Source: Paragordius varius | Lineage: Eukaryota; Animalia; Nematomorpha | DNA: 64,000 nucleotides | Direction: 5' to 3' | NCBI GenBank assembly: GCA_964247055.1 | Contig: OZ176060.1 | Location: forward strand, 124,001 to 188,000 | Shown here: positions 28,405 through 40,982 of the stretch, one piece after another | Position numbering within the stretch: position 1 is the stretch's first letter | Layout: every line of letters begins with the position of its first letter | Program-made: the position numbers and the translations under genes | Notes under the pieces: model-generated | What the model saw: only the letters and a program-made list of their open reading frames with translations | What the model was told of the DNA's origin: nothing | Databases searched by the model: none

Positions 28405-28672
28405 GAAGGGGGTCCAACACTTGTGGGTCGCATTTTTAGCTCAAAAATTACGACCAACTGCATTCGAAATATATATGCGAGCATTCTTAAATAATTTATA
28501 TGATTTCAAACATAAGACGTCGAAACAAAAGGACATTCTTGCTATTTGACATTAATAAAAATTTTCTCAGGAATATCAATTTTACTAAGATTTTGCGAAC
28601 ATGTTTTTGCAAATTATAAATTCCAAGTTTTTTTGCAGGCAGCACGGACAGAGGGCCAAACACTGCCCCCCT
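28405..28672. mobile_element. Old hAT-like MITE embedded in the duplicated unit
   Basis: Paralogous to 39239-39516; carries AGGGGGTCCAAC..GTGGGTCGCATTTTTAGCTC at the left and GGGCCAAACACTGCCCCCT at the right. Confidence 0.45.
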
Positions 28673-29190
28673 TTGGTGTTAATCATTTAATTTTATAGTA
28701 AAGATGAATAACTTTTAAGTAAACTTTTCTAACCATTTTTCTGGCTTTTTTTGTCGTTTAAAATAATTGACTGCTTCTCAAAAATATCAGAATCGCAAAA
28801 TAAAAAAAATTAAATTTTATTAAAAAAATATTTTTTTTAATGAAACATAATTATCTTTAATAAATTATTTAATATTTCATCAATAAAAACTGATAAAATT
28901 GTTAATAAATATAGGTTGGTATTTTTAAAATAATAATAGTTATTGAAAATTAACTATTTTTAAATGTTTACAGTATTTATATTAATTTTTAAAAATTATA
29001 ATTGTTAAACCATCAAAATAATAGAAAAAGTATAAAATGAAACGACAGACGATTTCTTTTTAAACGGTTTTTTAAATTGTCTGCTTTTTATTTATTCGAA
29101 AAAATATTCAAATTAAATTTGGCAATCATGATCAGGTCAGTGAACATTTATTTTTGGACCATGGTCATTTAGAGGTTGGTGGTATTTTAT

Positions 29191-29208
29191 GAGAGAGAGA
29201 GAGAGAGA
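29191..29208. repeat. (GA)9 microsatellite
   Basis: Read directly from the sequence. Confidence 0.9.
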
Positions 29209-30166
29209 TTTTATTGATTTTTTATATATATATGCCTTTTTAACAATATAAAATTGTTAAACATGCATCTTTATGACATTAGCATTAGGCATATTCATCG
29301 ATTCAAAAAATAATACAATCAAGCTCTTTGCAAAATATGCAATCATTCCATATATATAAACAATGAAAACATATTTTATAATTGGATATTTCAATGATGA
29401 AAGAAAGTGTAAAATAAACTAGGTAAAATTTTATTTGAAATATTCAGTATTCAGCTATGTATTTGAAGATTCAGAAGGCGACAAATATGTGACAAAATCT
29501 ATTCGAAAACAAAATTTTTGATTAAATTTGATTGAAAATATATGTAAAATAAGATATATCAAAAATGTATATAATACAAAGCAAGAAAATATAATTAATG
29601 AAACGCAAGTGTCGTTAGAGCATTATTTTCACAATCCAATATCGCATGATAATTTAAATAAAAAGTAGGTCTGACCGGACTTTTTTTTGAAAAAGCAGTC
29701 AAATGCAAAACCCTAGTTGTCACATATGCTAATTTGAAAGTAAATCTTAGTTTTGTTAAATTCAAAACAAATTTAGGAGTGGTAAAGACGTCAAAACTTA
29801 TGATATGAAGGCCAATATTAGGAAAAAGCGCTATATTTTAATCTACTAAATAAACTCATTGTTTAAACTGTTTAAAATATATATGTTGGTAACACAATCA
29901 TTTATATATTTCAAATGTAATTGAATAATTTTACAGTAAAAAATCAAATTATAAGGACAAAACTTAATAGAGACAAATATTTTTATATAAAAGAAAACGA
30001 TACATTTCCCAACCTAAATTTATCCTATTACAATTGTATAATACATAAATTAGTTTTCATTTTACAACTTTATTTCTTACTTTATAGTTTAAATCAATGT
30101 TAATATTATGAAGACTAAGAAGATACACAAAGTATGATTGATTGTTTTTTAGTAAAACATATTTGA

Positions 30167-30168
<2 letters not shown>

Positions 30169-30232
<64 letters not shown>
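30169..30232. repeat. (TA)32 microsatellite
   Basis: Read directly from the sequence; it abuts the TACC-family element at 30231. Confidence 0.95.
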
Positions 30233-30235
<3 letters not shown>

Positions 30236-30605
30236 TTTACAGTTCAAATTCACCCTTAAACAATTCATATTCATCCTTGAACAATTAAAATCCACCCTAA
30301 AAATAAATTATGTGTTTTCGAACTAATATAACACATTATTAAAATAAAATATATCTTTATAGCATAACTAATAGTTTTTTTCAGTATTATGTTAATTTAA
30401 AACAAAATTTTATTTTTTAAAAATATATTAAAATATAGGTAATTTTTGATCTTAAAAAACATTTTATTTATTTGAGGGTGAATTTGATTTGTTCGTGAGT
30501 GAATTGGAATGGTTTAAGGGTGAATTTGAATTGTTTAACGGTAAATTTGAATTGTTCGAGGGTGAATTTGAATTGTTTAAGGGTGAATTTGAACTGTAAA
30601 TGGTA
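30231..30605. mobile_element. Foldback-like MITE, TACC family subfamily B
   Basis: TATCATTTACAGTTCAAATTCACCCTTAAACAATTC ... GAATTGTTTAAGGGTGAATTTGAACTGTAAATGGTA-TA. It has ~3 left and ~6 right 21-bp units (TTCAAATTCACCCTTAAACAA) and sits against (TA)32. Confidence 0.85.
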
Positions 30606-30991
30606 TACATACATTTAAGCACGATTATAAGAATATATAATATTTTCATTTTTTTGACTCATGGATATAATATTTTTATTGTTATTTTAGGATTGTGTTT
30701 CTATTGCTTATACAGTAAAAAAAATAAAATTATACGGACGAAACGTAATATAAAAATAGTTTTTTAAAAATATAACCCCATACTATTTAAAGCTAATCCC
30801 GATAGAAATTCATATATCTTAACAAAATGCTCTAAATACATTGTGTTATCAATCGACATTTCTATTTAATACTTAACAGTTCACTTCACTTTGATTCGAT
30901 TTGTGGTATTTAAATAGCCCAATTCAAATAGCTTTCTTACTGGCAAACCCAACCAAAACCAAAATACTGATATATTTAGAAAGATTATTTA

Positions 30992-31267
30992 CAGTAAAAA
31001 TTGAAATTATACGAATGACAAAACGTATAAAGACAAATCATTTTTTTTAAAAGACAACCATACTTTTTAAATCTTGATTAATTTAAAAGCTCATTGTTTG
31101 AACTCCAAAGTATAAAATTGAGATGTATATTGGTAACGCAATAAAGTATTTTACTTTTGTAATTAATTTATATGATAAATTAAGGTTTATAAAAGTTTGG
31201 TTGTCTTTTGAAAAAAAAATTTTGTCCTTATTTTTACATTTTATCAGTATAATTTTAATTTTTACTG
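30992..31267. mobile_element. Tc1/mariner-type MITE (CAGT family)
   Basis: TA-CAGTAAAAATTGAAATTATACG ... TCAGTATAATTTTAATTTTTACTG-TA. A further orphan left TIR lies at 30713. Confidence 0.8.
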
Positions 31268-33359
31268 TATATTTTATAAGAATATATTTATTTCTAATAT
31301 TAAGGAGAGGGTTAGTTATTTGGTATATTAAGATGAATTTGGATAAATATATCTCTTGTATTATATAAATGAGGTATTTATTAGAGAACATATTTGAAAC
31401 ATTATAAATTTTTAGTGGCCATAAATTTTAAAACAATGGAAAATATTGAATAAAAAATTATTACCAAAATAAATTAAAATTATTGTGGTTAATTTATTAT
31501 TATATAAATAAAATAATTATATTAAATTTTTTGTAGCAGTATTTTAGGCAAAAATTTTAAAATTCAGGAAAAAACGGGTGTACAAATAGCAAACGTAAGA
31601 ACCCAATAAAATAAAACAATTTATACCATATCCAAAGTTAATTAATCTCTAATTTTATATTAAATACATTTGAGCTAAATAAAAAATGTTATGTGCACTT
31701 CACTAACAAATTTTCATTCTTTAATACGAATTAGAGAGTTTATAAGCCATCTATTTACAATTAATTATATCGACACGTAAAAATATAGGGATAATTTTTT
31801 AGAAAAATACATCTATCTTTTTATTAAACGGGTTTTTTACTATAAATTTAATTATAATTGAAAAATAAATAATTGATGTCTAATATACATTTCTTTTTTA
31901 TCTTTCCAATTTAAAAGACAAAGTTTTAAAAAAATATTTGCTTAATATTTTTGTGTTTTGTCCGTGTTATTAGTATATTATATATATGATATAAACTACA
32001 CATTAGTCTTAATAAATCTTAAAATAATATTAGGTAACCACAAATTTAAACATATTATGTATAAGTTGATAGGTTATTCAATATATGTGATATAATTATT
32101 TGACTTTAAAATTTTACGGACAAAACGAAAAGACAACTTCTTATAAAAATCCTACTTCTATCTGCATAATTTTAATACTATTGTAAATACATAATAGTTT
32201 AATTACCATATTACATATGTCTATTTCAAATTTAAATTTGATTTATAAAGGAAAACACGCTTTTGTAAAAAGGTTGTTTTAACATTTTAATTTTGTACGT
32301 ATAATTTCAAATGTATATGAAATATAATTGTAGTTTGAATAATATATGGGATATATTTCATTTTTAATATTTCTTATTCCTGATGTTTAATATACCAAAA
32401 ATACACTTATTAAAGAATCAATAAATTTGTGAAAATTATTTTATATACAACTTTGTTTTTGTATTATGTTCACTTTTTCTGAACTATATACATCTATATG
32501 GCCAAATTTTTTAAATCATTTTATTTATCTTATTTTTGAATTTTTAAGCAAATATTTTATAGTTTTATTTTCTTAGCGCTCAACGGTTTTTTAAAAAAAG
32601 TAATACGTAATCGACTAAAAGGTTTAAGCTGACAATTACATTGAAAAAGCGGGCCAGACTGATTAAACCATAGAGCCTATTTGTTATATAGATAAAATTA
32701 CTTAAAGTATATACAATACCCATTTTATTGTTGGCCACTTCACATTATTTTAGGCCATTGGGCATTACAGTAACGTGTTATAAAAAACAACAAACGGTGT
32801 GAAATAAACATTTTTTTCTATTTTTACAACATTAATTGTTTATTAATTCATGGACAAGATTTGTTTTATATTCTACATTACTGTATTGCTAATTAGCCAT
32901 CAATAAAGAAATGGACAGTAAAAATTGAAATTATACGGACAAAACGTGAACATACAACGACAATTTTTTTCAAAAGACAAACTATATATTTTAGAATCAA
33001 ATTTATCGTATATAATTTGAATTGTAAAATAACATAATTGATTGTGTTACCAATAAATCTATTTAACAATCTGCAGTTAAAACAATCAGTTATATTAAAG
33101 AAAACAAGATATAATGGTTGTCTTTGAGAAAAAATATTTGGGATTAAATTTTTACGTTTGGTCGTTATTCGATTTTTCCTACAAAATAAACTCCAGAGAA
33201 GAAGGTCAAATATCATTCCAAATATTTTATTAACGATGCATTTTGCAATAAACGTCTTCATAAAATAATATGAATCTCAATATCTTTTATTTACGAAATG
33301 GATATTTAAACAAAATATATTTAATGCTACATTTAATATATTATATATGTTGAATTAAG

Positions 33360-34177
33360 TGTTCAATTATGTAATTTTTAATATGCCTGGCAAGACTGCC
33401 TTTTTCGTTATAATCCTTAAGTCAAATCGGACACTTATGTTAAATTTTCTTATGAATAGCATGAATGTGTGTTGCAAGATGGCATTTTTGAGTGAAATAA
33501 GTTTTACAAATCGGACATTCATGTTTAATTTTCTCATGAACTGAATATATGTGCCTTTCAAGATTGCCTTTGTTAGAAAACATTTTTGAACAAATTTTGC
33601 ACAAATATTTAATTTGTACATGATCCGAATGAATATGATTGGTCAAGCCGCTTTTATCCTTATAAATCTTATCACATTGAATACATCGAAAATTATTACC
33701 CAATTTTGAAGAGTTTAAAGATTTAATAGGTTTTGAATTATTATTATTATCATTAAATAAATTGTTAATATTATTCAAGCTTATGTCATTGGAAGCAACA
33801 TTTGAACATACCGATGTAATATCTTTTATAATTTTTGGTGCGCGAAAGATCTAAAGGTTCCGTTTGTTCTCCTACCAAATTAAATATCAAGGAATTTTTG
33901 TTTGTTTTGTTGGTAACATTTTGAATTTTATTATCTAAATTATTATTTTGTAGAGTATTTTCGCTTTTATGTTCCCTTAAATAACAAAGGTTATAGAAAG
34001 AAGCGTTCAAAATTCTCCGTAAATCATAGTTTAAGAAATCTTCATTTTCCAATAAATTAATAAAGGATGCCGGTTTAGATGGATCTTCAATATAGGTTTC
34101 TTGTTGATTTTTGAGTTCTACTTTATAAAGCTTAGTATCGAGATCACACCAAAGTTTGTAAGTCGAGTCGCCGAAAT
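33360..34177 (-). pseudogene. C2H2 zinc-finger gene, copy 3 (intact N-terminal region to PLDLS, then frameshift; 3 fingers + broken 4th)
   Basis: The frame is open from the acceptor-like AG at 34178 through ...GEQTEPLDLS. A small deletion at ~33840 shifts the frame. Fingers lie in ORF 33440-33778; the last has TAA and TGA where paralogs have K and C. Confidence 0.85.
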
Positions 34178-34357
34178 CTAAAAAAAATTTGTTAAAAATG
34201 TAATTAAAAAGTCACATTATTAATAATGAAATATGTTAACAGCCCAACAAAATGGTTTAAAATCAAGTTAATAGACATAAATATTAATGATTATATAATT
34301 AATGATTAACTTTGCAAATATGAACTACTAAAAAATGAAATGTTTTCTTTATACAGT

Positions 34358-36555
34358 TGTTGTTATAAGCTAGTCATATACTGATTCTGGCTTTCTCATA
34401 GATTAGTGTTCTCCATTTTAGGCGATCCTGTGTTACTCTCAACAGTTGATGAAAGGTTAGATTTGTTATTGATTTGAGCACATCGATCCACCGCTTTTTG
34501 GGTCGGCCCCTTCTGCGGGTGCCATCTACCAACCCAAAGAGTATGATTTTTTCTAGCGAGTCGGATCGCAGGATGTGACCCAGATATTTTAGCTGTTTAA
34601 AGGTTATTAAATCGTAAAGTAAAAATTCGGGTTTAATGAATTTGAGTATGTAAGAATTGGAGATGTGGGCTTTCCAGGAGATTCTCAATATTTTTCGAAA
34701 GCACCACATTTGAAAAGAGTTTATGCGGGCTTTGTCAATGGAATTGCATATCCATGATTCGGACCCATAGATTGCCACGGGGTATATCATCGCCTTCAGG
34801 ATGGCAAGTTTAGTTGGGAGACTTATGACCGATGAGTTCCAAACTTTGGACAGTTTACCCATAGTAGCACGTCCCAATGCTAGTCGTGCTCGTATGTCGG
34901 GGTCCGAGCTACCGTCGGATGCAATTATGGAGCCTAGGTATTTACAGTGATCGGTTAGTTCGATGGGGGAGTTGTTGATTGTAAATGGTAGTTTTGGTGC
35001 GTTTAGGATCATAATTTTAGATTTAGCTGGGTTCAGCTTAAGACCCATCAAACTTGCTTCAATGGTAAGATTATTTAAAAGATAGGTCATGTCCGTGTGG
35101 GATTCTGACAAGAGAATGGTGTCATCGGCGTACCGGAGATTGCAAATAGTAAGACCACCGATCCGTGCCCCAATATGTTGTGGAAAGTTACAATTGCGTA
35201 TTAATGTTTCTGTGTATAAGTTAAATAAGAGGGGAGAAAGGACACATCCTTGTCTCACACCTCTGAGAATAGGAAACCAGTCGGTGGGACCGAATTGAGT
35301 TTTAATGGCAGCTGTTTGTCCTGAATACAGCGATTGAAGTAGGAGTATTATGTGCGAGGACACTCCTGAGGATCGTAATATTCTCCATAGGCAGTCGTGG
35401 TTGACTGTATCAAATGCCATACTGAAGTCTAAAAAGCAGCAATATAGACTTTTCCCAAATTCATTGTATCTTCGAATTATTGTATTAAGATTAACTATAT
35501 GATTGGTAGTGTTTCTCTTTGCTCTAAAGCCAGCCTGCACCTCGGATATTTCATAGTCCAACGAGGATGAGATTCTTTTCAGTATAATCTTGAGAAGAAT
35601 GATGGCGATCATTCTATAGTTCTGACAAAGATGGGGATTTCCCTTTTTAAAAAAGGGTAGGAGAAAAGATTTGGTCCAATCATCCGGCCAAATACAGGTT
35701 TGAAACACTTTTTGTAAAAGATCAGTTAAGAAATAGAGGGGGATTGTGTGAAGAATTTTTATTGGAATATCATTGTAACCTAAGGAGTTGGAGGATGAAA
35801 ATTGTTTTAAGGCGTATTGAACTTCATCAGGTAAAATTGGGGGATCTAGTTCTGAAACTTTAAGGAATGTGCTAATGGATGAATGAGGACTAGAGTCGAC
35901 ATGATAAAGAGAAGTACCGAATTCTTCCCAACGTTTGATAATTTCCTTTTTATTTGTTAATATTACATTATCCGTGTTGCTTATGCTCCCCAGATTTTTG
36001 GAGTTGTGAGGAACAAGTAAATGTAGTTTTTGGTATATGTTCTGGCCTTTGGCGTGAGCCAGTTCTAATTCTTTGCAAATAGCTAGGTAGTGAAGATTGA
36101 TATCAATCTTGGATTGTATCTTGAATTGAGTATTTAATGTGCGGTAATCAGTAATGTTGTTGTTTATTTTAGCCAATCTGCGTTTATTGGCCAAGACAAT
36201 GGATTCATTTGAAAGAAATGGATTATTAGGATGTTTTTGTTGAAGTGGAAAGTGCTTGGGTATTAGTTCGTTGATGGCAGTCAAGGTCTGATGCCAATGG
36301 TTGTTTACGTTCAGATTATTAGTGTTGATATTACTTAGGGAAGTATTCAGTTTGAGTATAAATTCACTTGTAACATTGGAAAAGTCGAAGCGGTTTTTAG
36401 TTTTATTGTGCGGTAATTTAGTTCCTAACTTAAATTTAAGTTTAATAGCAAGAAGTTGATGATCGGAGCCTATTACGACTCCTGGGAAAGTTTTCGCTCC
36501 TATAATGAATTTGAGCCATTTTTGTTGGATGAGGATAAAGTCAATTTGTGAACGG
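34358..36555 (-). mobile_element. 5'-truncated RTE-clade LINE
   Basis: Contains the end of an APE endonuclease (QIDFILI..IGSDHQLL), an RT (QAGFR, LDFSMAFDTV, GVRQGCVLSPLLFNLY, LRYADD, KYLGS) and the RTE C-terminus (GTRRRGRPKKRWID..QDRLKW). A short CAA-type tail follows the stop; GC is elevated. Confidence 0.93.
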
Positions 36556-36556
36556 G
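34374..36556 (-). CDS. Reverse transcriptase ORF of the RTE LINE (partial, lacks most of the endonuclease)
   Basis: Uninterrupted frame of ~727 codons. The first 13 aa of the listed 740-aa ORF come from the MITE TIR, not the LINE. Confidence 0.8.
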
Positions 36557-39238
36557 TAAAAATTAAAATTATACGGACAAAACATAATAAAAACAAATAT
36601 TATTCCAAAAGGCAATCATATTTTTTTAAACCTTAATTTATTGATTGTTTTAGTAATATATACATATCTAATTAACACTTTGCAATATAAAAAAATGAAT
36701 ATTTAAAAAATATGGTTGTTTTTTGAATTTTTACGTTTTGTCCATAGTTTAATTTCAGTTTTTAAAGTATAAGGTTGCCTAAGGTCGCTTATAAAGCTGG
36801 ATTGATATTAATAAAACACTTGAAATGACAAAACTATTATATGGAAGATTAATTTAAATTTTAGAAATTAAACAAACATTTTTTTCAAAAAAGAGGTGTT
36901 GTAAAAATAAAACACAATTATGATTATTATATTAATAGATCCAATTTATATAATTTTACCAGTTATTTAAAACGTTAATGAATTTTAACATTAATTAATT
37001 TGATATAATTTACTGTTTATTGGGTGTATATGAATATAATTATTACAATTTACAAATACATATTTGAAATTAAAAAATTTTACTTTAAGAATAAATTAAA
37101 TAATAACATATAATTTAAAAAATTACAATTCCTAAAAAATAATCTTGAAATTTTTTAAACTTCTAATAAAATAAAATATGATAAGTTTAATTATATTGAA
37201 ACACAAAAAATATATTATTAATAAAAGAATTTATTTGAAATATTATATATTTATTTTAAGAAATTTGAGTTTTGAAAAATAATTAAAATAATTAATTGGA
37301 TATATAAAATATTTTTAATAAAATTATAGAAATATAAAATAATTATAAAAATATTAATTTAATAATTAAATATAGAAATATTTTATAATAATTATAAAAA
37401 TAAATTTAATAATTTTAAAAATATAAATAAATGAAAAGCAGACAAAGCAGACAATTAAAAAAACCCTTAAAAAATGCAATCGTTTGTCGTTTTATTTTAT
37501 ATTTTAATTAAATTTTTCAGTTATTATTTAGTTTCAATTTTAAAATTAAATAATATATTTATAACTAATAAATACCATATATTTACTTGATAGTTTCCAT
37601 TTACTTTGAAGAACTTTATAATTTTCAGATAAACTTAAACTCTATATTATTAATAATTTAAAATTGATAAATAATTTAATTCTTTATTAAAAAATAATTT
37701 TTCCTAAGAAAAATATTTTAAATTATATATAATAATATTGTTTTAATTCATTTTAAAAATTGTGATATCATACCTTATTAAAAAGCAAGCAGTCAGTTTT
37801 TCGACATAAATCAGCCAAAAATGGGCAAAGTTTATTTAAAGTTTATTCTTTTTTGATAAAAAATCAAACGATTACTTTAAACCAGGGGTGGGTCGGGTTT
37901 GGGTTCTGAGACTTTCTGTGCGGCCCGTGATAATAAAATGTTACCCGTTTTTTATAATATATTTATCTCTAGGGTATAAAAACGGTAGATATATTAAAAA
38001 ATTTTTTTTATATAATTTAATAGTGATATAGATTACGAATGGTTCAGAATTTCGAATGGAAAAGTTAGTTTGCTTGCAAATTTTTGGGTTGTAAAAATTT
38101 ATATCTAACTTGAAAAAAAGATATTTTAATCGAAGTTCTGCCGTGATATAAATTTAGCATCATCAAATTATGCAAAAAAAGTGTTTTTATATATCTTAAA
38201 ACACTTTTATACAGTTTTCCATACAATAATAGTTCAAGCAGGATTCAACAATACTTTGCTAAAATAAATTTTTTTTAAAAAGGGTGGAATTTTTATAAAT
38301 ATTTTTAGAATAAAAATGTATATTTAAATTTTTTATCGCGCAATCTCGGCATTTTTGCATTTATTTTAGGGGAACTAGCCCATTTTAGAAGAGCGAAATA
38401 ATTAGAGACCATCTGAACCCACTTCTAAAAATTTATATCACGTTCACAACTTCGATTATAAAAAGTTATATATGATTTTTTTTACGATCCAACTAAATTG
38501 ATAGCAAAATAACTTTTCCAATTGAAATTCCGAACCGTTTGAAATGTTTATCACTATTAAATTATATATAAAACGGTTTATTAATATATCTTAAACCGTT
38601 CATAAAATTATTTAAAAAACGAGAAAGAATTTTAGGACAAATTATATCAAATAACAAACAAACTCTTATGATCCAAAGTTTAGCATGTACGCAAAATAGA
38701 AAATGTAAGAGCCGTAAACCTACATCAATTAAATATATGGCATATTTTTTAATATTGGGTATCCATCTAATATTTAGGGGTAAAAATAAATAACTGTGTT
38801 TATTTAAAATATTTATTTTTTGCAAGGTATAAATATTTACCTTTTTTTCCTTTTATAAAGTTAATAAGCATAAGATATTAATCATATTATATTACCAATC
38901 TATTACCGATATGTCTGTTTAAGTCACCTCAGATATATAAATTTGCTAAATATAAAAAATTTCTAATAATTTAATCATCTAAACTAATTAAAATATAAAC
39001 TCTTGAAAATTATAGAATTAAATTTATATAAAATAAAAAAATAACTTTTTAAATTTAATTTTCCAATTTTCAATATATTATAAGATTATAAATATTTTTT
39101 ACGATGATTATAATATTTATTCAAAGCTAAAATATAGTTTTTTACACTTATTTGCTAAAGACGTTTAAAAAAACTATTAGTTTAGTAAAAAAATATCATA
39201 TTTTCAAAAAGGCTGTTTTAATCAAGTATAAGTTTAAA

Positions 39239-39516
39239 CAGGGAGTTGAAAAATGGCTTTGCGGGCCGAATTTTTAGCTCGAAATTTTCGACCAGCCTCA
39301 TTATAAATATATATGCGGGCATTTATAAATAAAAAATAAATTGTTTAACGTTAAAAAAGGAACATTATATCTCATTCTTGCTATATATGGACCTATTTAA
39401 AAAAATTGTCTCAGGAGTATTTTACCAAGATTTTATGAGGTTGTGTTTATAAATTATGAATTCCAAATTTTCGCGGGCCGCGCAGAAAGTCTCAGATCGA
39501 ACACGGACTATCCCTG
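39239..39516. mobile_element. hAT (Charlie/Buster-like) MITE embedded in the duplicated unit
   Basis: CAGGGAGTTG..TTTGCGGGCCGAATT at the left and GCGGGCCGCGC..TATCCCTG at the right. The left flank GTTTAAA resembles the GTTTAAAG flank of the inverted paralogous end at 37883, consistent with a decayed 8-bp TSD. Confidence 0.5.
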
Positions 39517-40149
39517 TTTTTTAAAGTAATCATTTGAATTATTTATTACAATAAACTCTAAATATACTCATTTCTCTGCCTTTTTTTGTAATTAATATAA
39601 AACATATTTTTATGGCAAAGTTTTTTATTTTGTCACTATTATATTAATTTTAAAATTTTCATTTTTCAAAAATATAAAATAATATAGGTAATTAAAAATT
39701 TAATTTTAGGGAAATGTTCGAGGGTGAAATCGTTCCAGGGTGAATTTGAACTATAATTTTAGTTATTAAATAAATGAAGGTATTTGAAAATTTATTTATA
39801 TTTTTATTTTAAAATGTTATAAACCAAAAAATAAGACATCAATTTAAATACGAAATGAAACGACAAACGATTTAATTCTTAACGGTTTTTTTGAAATGTC
39901 TGCTTTTTATTTATTCGAAAATATATTCAATTTATATGGAAAATGGGTATATTTTTAAATTTAATATTTTTATATATAAAATATTATAATTATTTTATTA
40001 ATTTGTATTTAATTAATTTTTAATTTTGTATTTTAATTACCAAATATTTGAAAGATACAATACTAAATTTAATTTGTTTAAATATATTTTTTGTAATTAA
40101 ATATATTGATTTACCCGTTTTTAAAAGTTAGCCTTTATATATTAACATA

Positions 40150-40982
40150 GATAAAACTAATGGTATAAGCATTGCCGGCAATATTATATCATCACTTCAC
40201 TATGCTGATGATAATATACTGCTGTCAAACTCAGTGGACAACCTGAAAAAACTCCTAACTGAATTCTCAAACGAATGTCAAAAATTTGGATTGAAGATCA
40301 ACTTTAAAAAAACTAAAATCATGATTATAAACGCTCATAACCATTATAACAACTTATCTTTTCACAACCAACAAATAGAAGTAGTGTCCCAATACACTTA
40401 CCTAGGCAGTCTTATAAATACAACTAACAACAGCACCCCAGACATTAAAAGAAGAATAGGAATTGCAAAGACAAAAATGATAAAATATAATAAACTATGG
40501 TCATCACACGACATCAAACTTAAAACAAAAATCCGTTTAGTTAAAGCCCTAATATTTCCTAGCATGCTATATGCATCAGAAAGCTGGACAATAAAAAAGG
40601 TAGACGAAAAATACATTAACGCCTTCGAAATCTGGTGCTGGCGGAAGGCACTTCGAATCACTTGGAAAGACAAAATAAAAAACACTGTAATCCTTGACAA
40701 AATAAACCCCGAGATACACCTGATTGGCATGTGCCTCAAAATGTTATCATATTTTGATCACATTACCAGAGCGAATGACTTGTAATTTCAACTATTGACA
40801 GGCAAGGTCGAAGGATCCAGGAAACGTGGATGCTGCAAGATGCGCTAGATCGAAAACCTAACCAAAGAAATCAATCTCTCTTTACAACAGTTAACATCAC
40901 TCACTTACAATCGAATAAACTGGAGAAAATACACCTTGAAAAAGCAATAAATCGACAACGATCTTTGCTACAATAATAATAT
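40150..40982 (+). pseudogene. Short 5'-truncated RTE LINE fragment (different subfamily from 34-36 kb)
   Basis: GISIAGNIISSLHYADDNILL, YTYLGSLI, YASESWTI..INAFEIWCWRKALRITW, then L*FQLLTGKVEGSRKRG..R*IE. It ends with an ACAATAATAAT tail. Confidence 0.88.

Larger units (their letters stand above)
34354..36767. mobile_element. CAGT-family MITE split by the LINE insertion
   Basis: TA-CAGT sits at 34352-34357 and the rest of the left TIR (AAAAATTAAAATTATACGGACAAAAC) resumes at 36558. A decayed right TIR ends at ~36767. The unsplit paralog is 56952-57171. Confidence 0.75.

Noticed and set aside
30464-30649. Asn/Ser-repeat ORF (NSNSPLN)
   Set aside because: It is a translation of the 21-bp array of the subfamily B element.
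37883-39516. Apparent 1.6 kb hAT element with ~45-bp CAGGG TIRs
   Set aside because: The flanks outside both ends are also inverted copies of each other, so these are the same MITE end in two oppositely oriented unit copies, not one element.
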